This document shows, in pieces, positions 12,051 to 24,984 of a DNA stretch of 64,000 nt. Positions within the stretch are counted from its first letter, which is position 1, and the number at the start of each line of letters is the position of its first letter. The notes below the pieces were generated by a model that was not told the DNA's origin, searched no databases, and saw nothing but the letters and a program-made list of their open reading frames with translations. This DNA is from an uncultured delta proteobacterium (GTDB lineage Bacteria > Desulfobacterota > Binatia > DP-6). The stretch spans positions 640,001 through 704,000 of the forward strand of contig CAWFFN010000009.1 in assembly GCA_963815115.1 (NCBI GenBank). The letters are read 5' to 3'. The position numbers were made by a program, and so were the translations under genes.

Positions 12051-12243
12051 GCAGCTTTTTCGAGAATTTGCATTCGCCTGAGACATCCCGCCCTTCCAGC
12101 GCGTCGCCGCGAGTATGGCAGGGGCTATACCCTCGAAAGTCTTGACAACCAGGGCGCCTCAGGCCATGTCAAACTGTACGGACCTGCGCCTCGCTGAACC
12201 GCCCGATCGCGATCCACCACCTCTCTCTGAGTAAGGAGATTCC

Positions 12244-13737
12244 ATGCGATTCCTCCCGTGTAGCTGTAGCTTCCTCGCGCTGCTGGCGCTTCTCGCCGCT
12301 GCGCCCTCGACGAGCCGCGCCGCCGTCTGCTCCGACACGTCGGGCTTCGCGGCCGCGATGGAAGCCGTCGAGGCGGCCGTGCCCTGCGACGGCGCGGCCA
12401 AGCATGCGAAGTACGTGAAGTCGGCGAAGAAGGCGCTCGGTGGCGCACTCTCGGGGGCCTGCAAGAAGGCCTTCGTGAAGCGCTTCATCGCGAATTCCAC
12501 GTGTGGCCGGGGTGGGTTCGAGGTCTGCTGCCAGGTCAACAAGAAAGGCAAGGACGTCAGCAAGGTCGTGAAGATCGGCAAGTGCAAGGGGACGACCTGC
12601 AGCGAACAGGCGCCGACCAGCGTCGGCGAGGGCTGCACGTCGAACGGCCTGTGCGCCACCACGACGACCACCAGCACGACGACCACCACGCTCAATGCGC
12701 CGGCGACCACCACGACGACGTCGTCCACCACCACGACGACGTGCCCCGGCGGCGTCTGCGTGCAGCTCAACCTCGACTTCACCAACGGTGCCGCCGGCGG
12801 CCAGTGTGGCACGGCGACGGACGCCTCCAACGCCGTCGTCAAGACTCTCACCTGCGGCGGCCTCAACATCGGCGGTGGCGCAACGACCATCCAGGAAGGC
12901 CCCACGCCCGACGGCGCGACGAACCGCTTCATGGTGAGCTGCGCCGACGTCAACTCGGTCTGCTCGCTCGCGCCGTACACGACCCCGCCTCCCGTCAACA
13001 GCGCTGCGCCGGACTGCAGCACCACGGGCTGCAACTTCGGCACGCCGCTGGAGATCCCGAATCCGAATCTGGCCAATCTCACGGTGTGTGTGCTGAACTC
13101 GTTCGCGGCGCCGGCGAGCGGCACCCTGAGCCTGGTCGACGGCACGTCGAGCACGAACGTATCCCTCACGTCCGACAACTACATCACGGGCAACCTGGCC
13201 CAGCCCTGTCCGCGATGCCGCGCCGACGCCGGTGGCACCGGCACGATCGTCAGCGGTAGCCAGGCCGCGCCTGCAACCGGATTCTGCGACCGTGGTCCGC
13301 GTACGGGTCAGGCGTGTACCTCGACGAACTCGATCGGCCTGACGCGCGACTGCCCGACCGGGGGTGCGGGGCCTGGCCTTCCGTGCGGGCCTTCCGACAA
13401 GTGCATCGACGGTACGCACGTGGGGCCGATCAGCGTCGACCTCACCCCGCTCTCCACGGGCACTGCAAGCAAGACCGACCCGGCCGGCAACTTCTGCCCC
13501 GGTCAGGGCGGAACGCCCGGGTCGCCGGGCTGCTTCGCTCAGCCGACGTGTCGCACGATCACCGAGACCGGCAAGCCCGCCGTCGGCCCGATCACGATCG
13601 GCACGCCGGCGAGCGCCACGCTCGCCTCGGTGTTCTGCATCGCGGCAACGCCCAACGGCCTGGTGAACTTCGCAGCCGATCTGCCGGGTCCCGGAGCCAC
13701 CAGCCTGCCGGGCACGTTCATGACCAGCGAGCCCTGA
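12244..13737 (+). CDS. Secreted Cys-rich protein B (497 aa)
   Basis: AAGGAG RBS; signal peptide; distinct Cys-rich N-domain; poly-Thr linker; shared C-terminal domain ending NGLVNFAADLPGPGATSLPGTF. Confidence 0.85.
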   Translation: MRFLPCSCSFLALLALLAAAPSTSRAAVCSDTSGFAAAMEAVEAAVPCDGAAKHAKYVKSAKKALGGALSGACKKAFVKRFIANSTCGRGGFEVCCQVNKKGKDVSKVVKIGKCKGTTCSEQAPTSVGEGCTSNGLCATTTTTSTTTTTLNAPATTTTTSSTTTTTCPGGVCVQLNLDFTNGAAGGQCGTATDASNAVVKTLTCGGLNIGGGATTIQEGPTPDGATNRFMVSCADVNSVCSLAPYTTPPPVNSAAPDCSTTGCNFGTPLEIPNPNLANLTVCVLNSFAAPASGTLSLVDGTSSTNVSLTSDNYITGNLAQPCPRCRADAGGTGTIVSGSQAAPATGFCDRGPRTGQACTSTNSIGLTRDCPTGGAGPGLPCGPSDKCIDGTHVGPISVDLTPLSTGTASKTDPAGNFCPGQGGTPGSPGCFAQPTCRTITETGKPAVGPITIGTPASATLASVFCIAATPNGLVNFAADLPGPGATSLPGTFMTSEP

Positions 13738-13760
13738 TCGGGCTGTAGGAAGCCGGCACG

Positions 13761-13799
13761 AAAGGGCCGGAAGCCTTCGGGCTTCCGGCCTTTTCTTTT
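13761..13799 (+). terminator. Intrinsic terminator
   Basis: AAAGGGCCGGAAGCC-TTCG-GGCTTCCGGCCTTTTCTTTT. Confidence 0.85.
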
Positions 13800-14084
13800 G
13801 TCGGGAACCGGCGGCCCCGACGTCGACATCTGTCATTCGGCAAGCGGCCCCCGGGCCCTTTCCTTTTCCAGTCGGCGCAGTACCGCGCTGTCAGCCCTGC
13901 GGGTCGCCCTCCGAGAGTCCGCGCTGGAGCACGTGCGCTCCCCGGCTGACACCAGGCGGGATTCCGTCGATTTGTTCTTCCGTCGATTGCGAGACCTGTG
14001 GTAGCCCAGAGCCGAGACAGTCGAAGCGACTTTGTCAGATTCACGGACCGGACCGATCGGACCAACATCTAGGGGGGGGCTACC

Positions 14085-15872
14085 ATGGTCCAGAAGCGAA
14101 CCGCGACGTTCCTGTCCACCGTGGCCGCGCTGTGTCTGCTGAGCGGCGGGGCGTGGGCGGCGCAGAGCAAGTGCATCGTCAGCAAGAACAAGTGCATGTC
14201 GAAGAAGGCCGGCTCGCTGCTGAAATGCCACCAGAAGGCGGAGACGCCGGGCAAGTCGACCGATCCCAATTTCGGCGGCTGCGTCGACAAGGCCAAAGGG
14301 AAGTTCGACGGTGGCGCTGACCCGACCAAGGGCTGCTTCGAGAAGCTCGAGAACAAGTCGAACAACGACTGCATCACCTTCAACGACACGATGGCGGGCG
14401 AGACGAGCGTCGACGTCTGCGTCGACAAGATCGTGGCCGCGATAGATCCGGGCGCGGTGACTCAGACCAAGTGCGGCGTCGGCAAGAAGAAGTGCGTCGC
14501 CAAGAAGCTGAAGAGCATCCTCAAGTGCTACCAGAAGGCGGAGACGCCCGGGAAGCCGATGGACCCGAACACGGGCGGATGCATCGACAAGGCGATGGCG
14601 AAGTACGACGGCGGCGGCGATCCGTCGAAGGGCTGCTTCGTCAAGCTGGAGCAGAAGAACGGCAACGACTGCGTGGCGCCGATCGGCAACCAGGGCGCGC
14701 TCGAGGACATCGTCGACTCGTGCGCCGGCGCCTTCGTCGCGATCATCGAGACCCCCACCACGACCACGACGACCACGACCGTCGCGACCACGAGCACGAC
14801 CACCACGACCAGCACCACCACGACCACGACGATCGCAACGACCACGACCACGACGACCACGGGCGGGACGACCACCACGACGATGGGCGGGTCGGCCGGC
14901 CCGGCCATCCTCGACTTCACCACGGGTCCCGCGGCCGGCGTCTGCGGCGAGACCCGCGATGGGTCCAACGTCCTCATCAAGAACCTCACCTGTGGTGGCC
15001 TCAACATCGGTGGTGGCGCCTCGACGGTGGCGGAAGGCCCGGTACCGAATGGCTCGACCAACCGGTTCGGGCTGAGCTGCACCGGGTCGAGCTGCACCGT
15101 CAGCTCGACCTCGACGATGCCCGCCGTCAACAGCACGCAGCCCGACTGCACCACCACGGGATGCAACTTCGGCGCGCCGCTGCCGATCCCCAACCTCTCC
15201 CTCACCAACCTAACTACCTGCGTGCTGAACACCTACCAGTCGGCGGCGGGCGGGACGCTCGATCTGTCGACCGGTGCGGCGGTGACGACCGCCGTGCTGA
15301 CGTCCGACATCTACCTCACGGGCAACGTTGGACAGCCGTGCCCCGTGTGCCGTGCCGGCGTCGGCGGTACCGGCGCAGTCCTGAGCGGCACCCCGGCCAG
15401 CCCGGCGACGGGCTTCTGCGACCGCGGCCCGCGTGCGACCATGGCCTGCACCACCACGAACACGCAGGGCCTTTCGCGTGACTGCCTGACGGGCGGCGCC
15501 AATGGCGCGCACCCCTGCATGGCCGGCTCGCCTGGCAATGATAGCTGCATCGACGGCACGCACGTCGGTCCGATCACCGTGAACCTGTCGCCGCTCACCA
15601 CCACCACCACCACGGTGACCAATGCGATGGGTAACTTCTGCCCCCTCCAGGGCGGAAACCCCGGGGCGCCCGGGTGCTTCGGCTCGGGAACGTGCCGCAC
15701 CATCACCGAGAACGGCTCGCCGGCCGGCCCGATGACGACCGGAGTGCCGGCGAACGTGACTCTCGCATACGTCTTCTGCATCACCGCCACTCCGAACGGA
15801 CTGGTGAACTTCGCAGCCGACCTGCCCGGCCCGGGCGCGGTGTCTCTGCCCGGTACGTTCACGGCGAACTGA
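14085..15872 (+). CDS. Secreted Cys-rich protein C (595 aa)
   Basis: Signal peptide (…GGAWA); two KC..KKKC..K...C.QKAETPGK..DPN.GGC.DKA..K.DGG.DP.KGCF.KLE repeats; long poly-Thr linker; shared C-terminal domain. Confidence 0.85.
   Translation: MVQKRTATFLSTVAALCLLSGGAWAAQSKCIVSKNKCMSKKAGSLLKCHQKAETPGKSTDPNFGGCVDKAKGKFDGGADPTKGCFEKLENKSNNDCITFNDTMAGETSVDVCVDKIVAAIDPGAVTQTKCGVGKKKCVAKKLKSILKCYQKAETPGKPMDPNTGGCIDKAMAKYDGGGDPSKGCFVKLEQKNGNDCVAPIGNQGALEDIVDSCAGAFVAIIETPTTTTTTTTVATTSTTTTTSTTTTTTIATTTTTTTTGGTTTTTMGGSAGPAILDFTTGPAAGVCGETRDGSNVLIKNLTCGGLNIGGGASTVAEGPVPNGSTNRFGLSCTGSSCTVSSTSTMPAVNSTQPDCTTTGCNFGAPLPIPNLSLTNLTTCVLNTYQSAAGGTLDLSTGAAVTTAVLTSDIYLTGNVGQPCPVCRAGVGGTGAVLSGTPASPATGFCDRGPRATMACTTTNTQGLSRDCLTGGANGAHPCMAGSPGNDSCIDGTHVGPITVNLSPLTTTTTTVTNAMGNFCPLQGGNPGAPGCFGSGTCRTITENGSPAGPMTTGVPANVTLAYVFCITATPNGLVNFAADLPGPGAVSLPGTFTAN
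14757..14882 (+). repeat. ACC/ACG trinucleotide-rich tract encoding a poly-Thr linker (similar tracts at 12658-12741 and 59078-59121)
   Basis: In-frame (ACC/ACG)n runs encoding TTTTTTTT. Confidence 0.8.
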
Positions 15873-15894
15873 CCTCTTCTCTCCGCCGTGGCAT

Positions 15895-15924
15895 GGCCCC
15901 GGAGCCCGAATCGGGCTCCGGGGC
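15895..15924 (+). terminator. Hairpin after Cys-rich protein C
   Basis: GGCCCCGGAGCCCGA-A-TCGGGCTCCGGGGCC near-perfect inverted repeat; no U tract. Confidence 0.5.
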
Positions 15925-15983
15925 CGGCCGCGGTGCCGCATGGAGCGGCGACCTCGCCCGACCAGGAGCGCGCCGACCTCGCG

Positions 15984-16013
15984 TTGACACACCCGAGGAG
16001 CGCCTCCTATAGT
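15984..16013 (+). promoter_or_regulatory. sigma70 promoter of the pyrG operon
   Basis: TTGACA-N18-TATAGT. Confidence 0.75.
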
Positions 16014-16019
16014 CGAGGC

Positions 16020-16107
16020 CCGTAGCCAGTTCCGGAGATACGGCGCGCCCGGCGCCGTGACCGTGGCGGATGGCCGCCCACGGCTCCGAGACTGCGCTAC
16101 GGTTTTT
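16020..16107 (+). ncRNA. Structured pyrG leader / candidate attenuator (three-way junction + U5)
   Basis: CCGTAGC-CAGT-TCCGGAG pairs with CTCCGAG-ACTG-GCTACGG and encloses two hairpins; followed by TTTTT; begins at the expected TSS. Confidence 0.5.
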
Positions 16108-16213
16108 CGTTCATGCTCCCGGTGACGGTCGCCATTCTCTCCCCGCGCGCGCCCCCCGATCTGGCCGCGGGAATGGCCCCGCTCGGCCGGGAGGAGGCCG
16201 CGGGGGAGAGTGG

Positions 16214-19710
<3,497 letters not shown>

Positions 19711-19711
<1 letters not shown>

Positions 19712-20691
19712 TGGCCACCCATCCCGGCACGACGGCAACGCGCGAGCCGACGGTGGAGGAGCCGGCCCAGCCGAAGCGCCGGCGCTCGCTCTGGAAGCGC
19801 TTCCGCCGCGCCACCCGCGGGCCGCGCAACGCCGTGCTGGCGCGCGCCATCTGGGGAGTGGGACGTGCCGTCGGTGCGCTGCCGCCGCCGGCTGCCCTGG
19901 CGGTCGGCCGCGCGCTCGGCCGCGGCGCGCACGTGCTCCTCGGCACGCCGCGCCAGCTGGCCCGCCGGCACGTCGGCCAGGCCTTCCCGGAGCTCGACGG
20001 GGAGGCACGCGCACGGATCGTGCGTGCGACGTTCGAGCACGCCGGCGAGTCGTTCGTCGAGCTTGGCTTGTGGCGCCGCATCGCGCACGATTCCGGCTAC
20101 GTGCTCGGCAACTTCGAGGTGCTCGACGAGGCACTCGCGGAAGGGCGCGGCACGATCGCCATCACCGGCCACGTCGGCAACTGGGAGCTGCTCGCCGCCA
20201 CCGTGGCCGAGCGCGGCTATGGCCTGTCGGTGGTGGCGCGCCGCGTGAACGACGCCCGCTTCGACGCCCTGATCACGCGCTTCCGCGGCGACCGGGGCAT
20301 GGAGATCCTGGTTCGGGATGCCCCCGATTTCCTCGCCCAGGTCCGGGCGGCGCTGGCGCGAGGCCACATCGTCGCCATCCTGATGGACCAGGACAGCCGC
20401 GGCGGCGGCGTGTTCGTTCCCTTCTTCGGGCGTCCGGCGCACACCCCGCCGGGCGCGGCCGTGCTTGCGCTCCGGACGCGGGCGCCCGTCGTCACCGTCT
20501 TCATCCGGAGGCGCCGCGAGGGCGGCCACTTGATCACCTTCGAGCGGGTGCCGATCGAGCAGGGGACGGGCCGCGGCCAGCTGACGGCCCTGACCGCGCG
20601 TTTCACCGCCGCGATCGAGGCGGCCATTCGCTTGTCGCCGGCGGAATGGGTGTGGTGGCATGAGCGCTGGCGCCGCCAGCCGGACGCCTGA
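19711..20691 (+). CDS. Lipid A late acyltransferase (LpxL/HtrB family)
   Basis: TGHVGNWE, ILMDQD, FVPFFGRPA, PAEWVWWHERWR motifs. Confidence 0.85.
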
Positions 20692-20856
20692 GTCTCCACC
20701 GGGAGACGCCGGAGAGCGACCGCGGAAGCGGCGGGAGGGCGCAGCGGCACCTCCCTCACATCGAAGCGAGGCGAGGCGCCCCGGGCCCGACCGCCCGGGG
20801 CTCAATCTTTACTCCCTCCACCCCCCATGGTAGCTCTCGCGTCGCAGGGAGCTCCA

Positions 20857-21450
20857 ATGCGAAGGTCACGGCTACGCGCCGGTCTGCTCGTCGTGGTAGC
20901 CATCGCCCTCGCGGGGCTCGGCTACCGGGTGTGGCGCAACGTGGCCGAGCGTACCCCGCGATCTCTCGAGGAGCTCGGCGTCGAGCTGCTCCCCGAGGTC
21001 GCGCAGCACATGCAGAACTTCCACCGCTTCAAGGTGAAGAACGGGCGGACGGAGTGGGAGATCAAGGCCGACGATGCGCGCTACTTCGAGAAGCAGAACG
21101 AGATCGTCGTGCGGTCGCCCGAGGTGACGATCTACACCGAGCAAGGGCAGCAACGCGCCTGGCTGACGAGCACGGAGGGGCATCTCGGACTGGACGCGGG
21201 GGGACGGGAGCTCGGATCGGTGGAGCTCCGCGGCTCCGTGGTCCTGTGGCTCGACGACCTCGAGCTGCACACCGACAGCGCCACCTACGACAAGTCGCGC
21301 GACCTCATCACCGCTCCCGGACCCGTCACCATCGTCGGCCGTTCGATGAACGTGCAGGCCAACGGCATGGAGGTCGACGTCACTCCGCAGCGCATCCGCC
21401 TGCACGACAACGTGCACACCCTGCTGAAGCCGAATGCCCAGGCGTCGTAG
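20857..21450 (+). CDS. lptC: LPS export protein LptC
   Basis: N-terminal TM, WEIKADDARY, LHTDSATYD..ITAPGPVTI; position upstream of lptA/lptB. Confidence 0.8.
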   Translation: MRRSRLRAGLLVVVAIALAGLGYRVWRNVAERTPRSLEELGVELLPEVAQHMQNFHRFKVKNGRTEWEIKADDARYFEKQNEIVVRSPEVTIYTEQGQQRAWLTSTEGHLGLDAGGRELGSVELRGSVVLWLDDLELHTDSATYDKSRDLITAPGPVTIVGRSMNVQANGMEVDVTPQRIRLHDNVHTLLKPNAQAS

Positions 21451-21451
21451 C

Positions 21452-22156
21452 GTGAGCGCGGCGGTCGTGCTCGCACTCGCCACGGCCGCCCAGCCTGCCG
21501 GTCCTCCGCCGGGGCAGGAGCCGCAGTCGAGCCCGTTCGGCTTCGACGGCCTCGGCAAGAGCAAGGAACCGATCAACGTGACGTCGGACAACCTCGAGTA
21601 CGACTACAAGGCGAACGTGGTCGTCTATCGCGGCGCCGTGGAGGTGATACAGGGAGCGGTGAAGCTGACCAGCGACACCCTCACGGTCACCATGGTGAAC
21701 GACAAGAAGGACGGCGACAAGAAGGCCGCCGCCGACAAGACGAACGCCGACAAGACGAGCGACAAGGCCGGAGATTCCCCGGCCGCCGATCCCGGCGGCG
21801 GAGCGGCGGCGCCGAGCAGTGACACCGGGCGGGTGCAGAACATCGTCGCGGCCGGCAACGTGCGCATCGACCAGGGGACGCGCTGGGCAGTGGGCGGTCA
21901 GGCGGTGTTCGATCAGGGACAGCGCACGCTGGTGCTGACCGAGAACCCGGTCCTGCACGACGGGCCCAACGTCGTCGCGGGTGATCGGGTGGTCGTGTTC
22001 CTGGACGAGAATCGCAGCATCGTCGAGGGCGGCCGCAAGCGCGTGAAGGCGGTGCTCTACCCGAACAGCAACGACACCAGCGGCGGCCAGGCCGGCACGC
22101 CGGCCAAGCCCAAGGCCAAGTCGGCGCCCGCGGCCACCGCGCGGAAGGCCCGGTGA
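21452..22156 (+). CDS. lptA: LPS transport periplasmic protein LptA
   Basis: [51 protein letters not shown]. Confidence 0.85.
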   Translation: MSAAVVLALATAAQPAGPPPGQEPQSSPFGFDGLGKSKEPINVTSDNLEYDYKANVVVYRGAVEVIQGAVKLTSDTLTVTMVNDKKDGDKKAAADKTNADKTSDKAGDSPAADPGGGAAAPSSDTGRVQNIVAAGNVRIDQGTRWAVGGQAVFDQGQRTLVLTENPVLHDGPNVVAGDRVVVFLDENRSIVEGGRKRVKAVLYPNSNDTSGGQAGTPAKPKAKSAPAATARKAR

Positions 22157-22890
22157 ACGGCACCGGCGCGGCGGTTCTCCAGGCCGAGCGGCTCACGAAG
22201 TCGTTCAGCGGTCGTTGCGTCGTCAAGGGCGTCACCATCGCCGTGCGCGCCGGCGAGGTGGTGGGACTGCTCGGACCCAACGGCGCCGGCAAGACGACCA
22301 GCTTTCACATGATCGTCGGGCTGCAGCATCCCGACAGCGGCGAGGTCTTCCTGAACGGCGAGAACCTGACCCAGCTGCCGATGTACGAGCGCGCCCGCCG
22401 GGGCATCGGCTACCTGCCGCAGGAAGCGTCGGTCTTCCGCAAGCTCACGGTCGAGGAGAACATCCTCGCGATCCTCGAGACCCTCAACCTCGGTGCCGAG
22501 CAGCGCCGCGAACGCCTCGGCTCGCTCCTCGAAGAGCTCGGCATCGCGCGCCTGGCGAAGAACAAGGCGTACTCACTGTCGGGCGGAGAGCGACGGCGGC
22601 TCGAGATCACCCGCGCTCTCGTCATCTCGCCGTCGTTCATGCTCCTCGACGAGCCATTCGCTGGCATCGACCCGATAGCGGTGGTTGACATTCAGAGCAT
22701 AGTCACTCAGTTAAAGACGCGAGGCATCGGCGTCCTCATCACAGATCACAACGTGCGCGAAACCCTTGGCATCTGTGACCGCGCGTACATCGTCAGCGAA
22801 GGTGAGGTGCTTGAGGAGGGCGATCCCGCGCACATCGCCGCCAGCCGGCGGGCGCGCGAAATCTACCTCGGCGAGAAGTTCCGCCTGTAG
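22153..22890 (+). CDS. lptB: LPS export ABC ATPase LptB
   Basis: [58 protein letters not shown]. Confidence 0.96.
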   Translation: MNGTGAAVLQAERLTKSFSGRCVVKGVTIAVRAGEVVGLLGPNGAGKTTSFHMIVGLQHPDSGEVFLNGENLTQLPMYERARRGIGYLPQEASVFRKLTVEENILAILETLNLGAEQRRERLGSLLEELGIARLAKNKAYSLSGGERRRLEITRALVISPSFMLLDEPFAGIDPIAVVDIQSIVTQLKTRGIGVLITDHNVRETLGICDRAYIVSEGEVLEEGDPAHIAASRRAREIYLGEKFRL

Positions 22891-22908
22891 CCGTTCCGAT
22901 CCGACTCG

Positions 22909-24384
22909 ATGATGGCCGACACCCGGCTCGTTCAGCAGCTGCGGATGACCCAGCAGCTCGTGATGACCCCGCAGCTGCGGCAGGCCATCAAGATACTCCA
23001 GGTGTCGCGCGCGGAGCTGGAGTCGCTCATCGACCAGGAGCTCACCGAGAACCCGGTGCTCGAGGAGCAGCAGACGACGGACGAGAAGGCCGAGCCCGAG
23101 GTGCCGACGGTCGACGGGCAGAGTGCCGGAGAGGAATGGCAGCCCGACAGCGCGCAGCCGGAGGTGCCGGAGGCGTCGAGCATCGACCAGATCGACTGGA
23201 AGGAGTTCGCCGAGAACTACAGCAACGACATTCACGGCTCGGTCGGCGGCTCGGCCAGCGACGACGACGACGAGCGACGGCCGGCTCTCGAGAACACCCT
23301 CGTCAAGCGAACGCTGCTGTCCGATCACCTGATGTGGCAGCTCCGGCTCTCCGATCTCCAGGACGCCGAGAAGGAGCTCGCCGCGCTCCTCATCGGGAGC
23401 CTCGATGCCGACGGCTACCTCACCATCTCGATCGAGGAGATCGCCTTCCTCGCCAACGTGTGGCCGCACCTCGAGGGAGTCGAGTCGGCACTCCGCCGCG
23501 TGCAGGACTTCGATCCGCCCGGCGTCGCCGCCCGCGACCTGCCCGAGTGCCTTTCCATCCAGCTCCGCCAGCTCGGGTTGCCCGACGAGTCGCTGCCGGC
23601 CCGGATCGTGCGCGATCATCTCCCGATGCTCGAGAGCCGGCGCTTCGACCGGCTCGCGAAGGAGCTGGGCGTCCCGTTCGAGCAGATCGCCGAGGCCACG
23701 AAGGTCATCTCGGTGCTCGAGCCCAAGCCGGGGCGCGACTACGGCGACGGCGATACGCGCTACGTCACCCCCGACGTCTTCATCCAGAAGGTCGGCGACG
23801 AGTTCGTCGTCACGCTGAACGAGGACGGCATGCCGCGGCTTCGGGTGTCGCCCTTCTACCGCCAGATGCTCGGCCACAACGGCTCGCCCGAGGCGAAGGG
23901 CTACATCCAGGAGAAGATGCGGGCGGCAGCCTGGCTGATCAAATCGATCCACCAGCGCCAGCGCACGCTCTACATGGTCACCTCGAGCATCGCGAAGTTC
24001 CAGCGCGAGTTTCTCGAGCGCGGCGTGTCGCAGCTCCGTCCCCTCGTGCTGAAGGACGTCGCGAACGACATCGGCATGCACGAGTCGACGGTCAGCCGCG
24101 CGACCGCCGGGAAGTACGTGCACACGCCGCAGGGCACGTTCGAGCTGAAGTACTTCTTCACCTCGAGCCTGCGCAGCGCGCACGGCGAGGAGGTCTCGGC
24201 CGAGAGCGTGAAGGCCAGGATCCAGGACATCATTGCCAAGGAGGACGGCCGCAAGCCGCTGAGCGACCAGTACATCGCGGAGCTACTCGGCAAGGAGCAG
24301 GTGGACATCGCGCGGCGCACCGTGGCGAAGTACCGGGAGCAGCTGGGCATTCTTCCATCGTCCAAGCGCAAGCAGGTGTACTAG
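22909..24384 (+). CDS. rpoN: RNA polymerase sigma-54 factor
   Basis: QQLVMTPQLRQAIKILQ, HESTVSRAT, RpoN box ARRTVAKYRE. Confidence 0.97.
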   Translation: MMADTRLVQQLRMTQQLVMTPQLRQAIKILQVSRAELESLIDQELTENPVLEEQQTTDEKAEPEVPTVDGQSAGEEWQPDSAQPEVPEASSIDQIDWKEFAENYSNDIHGSVGGSASDDDDERRPALENTLVKRTLLSDHLMWQLRLSDLQDAEKELAALLIGSLDADGYLTISIEEIAFLANVWPHLEGVESALRRVQDFDPPGVAARDLPECLSIQLRQLGLPDESLPARIVRDHLPMLESRRFDRLAKELGVPFEQIAEATKVISVLEPKPGRDYGDGDTRYVTPDVFIQKVGDEFVVTLNEDGMPRLRVSPFYRQMLGHNGSPEAKGYIQEKMRAAAWLIKSIHQRQRTLYMVTSSIAKFQREFLERGVSQLRPLVLKDVANDIGMHESTVSRATAGKYVHTPQGTFELKYFFTSSLRSAHGEEVSAESVKARIQDIIAKEDGRKPLSDQYIAELLGKEQVDIARRTVAKYREQLGILPSSKRKQVY

Positions 24385-24417
24385 GCCGCCGTCGGATGCC
24401 CGCCCGCGGAGGGGCTG

Positions 24418-24984
24418 ATGCAGATCACGGTCACGTTCCGGCACGTCGATCCCACACCGGCGCTTCGTACGTACGCCGAGGAGAAGGTGACGAAGGTCGC
24501 CCGGAAGTACCTTCGCCGTCCCGGCGACGCCCACGTCATCCTGGGCGTGTCGAAGGAGCGCCACGTCGCCGAGATCACGCTCCAGGCGCAGCACGTGTCG
24601 ATGTTCGCCAAGGAGACCACCCACGACCTCTACTCCGCCATCGACCTCGCGGTGGAGAAGCTCGAGCACCAGGTGCAGAAGCTGAAGGCGCGGCGGAGCG
24701 ATCGCAAGGGCGCGGACACGCCGCGCGGCGGCGCGGTGTCCGACGGCCTCGAGCGCCCGGTCGCCCCGCGGCGGGTGGCCGAGACGCGGGGGGTGATCGA
24801 GACGCGGCGGGTGCCGGCGACGCCGATGTCGGTGGACGACGCGATCGGACGGCTGGAGCGCTCCGCCGACGAGTTTCTCGTGTTCACCAACGAAGCCGAC
24901 CGGCGGCTGGCGGTCCTGTACCGTCGCCGGGACGGGCGCTACGGTCTCATCGTGGCCGCGGCGCGGCGGGGAAGAGGCACATGA
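24418..24984 (+). CDS. hpf: Ribosome hibernation promoting factor (long HPF)
   Basis: MQITVTFRHVDPTPALRTYAEEKV, DLYSAIDLAVEKLEHQ, PMSVDDAI...VLYRRRDGRYGLI. Confidence 0.92.
   Translation: MQITVTFRHVDPTPALRTYAEEKVTKVARKYLRRPGDAHVILGVSKERHVAEITLQAQHVSMFAKETTHDLYSAIDLAVEKLEHQVQKLKARRSDRKGADTPRGGAVSDGLERPVAPRRVAETRGVIETRRVPATPMSVDDAIGRLERSADEFLVFTNEADRRLAVLYRRRDGRYGLIVAAARRGRGT

Noticed and set aside
14757-14882. ACC/ACG repeat tracts as CRISPR or VNTR
   Set aside because: No repeat-spacer structure and no cas genes; they are in-frame poly-Thr linkers
10306-15872. Cys-rich proteins as multiheme cytochromes
   Set aside because: GCH/KCH occur but not as CxxCH; the Cys pattern fits disulfides
20692-20826. 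Several short hairpins between the acyltransferase and lptC
   Set aside because: Short GC-rich stems expected by chance or simple terminator-like elements; no repeat or recognisable RNA motif
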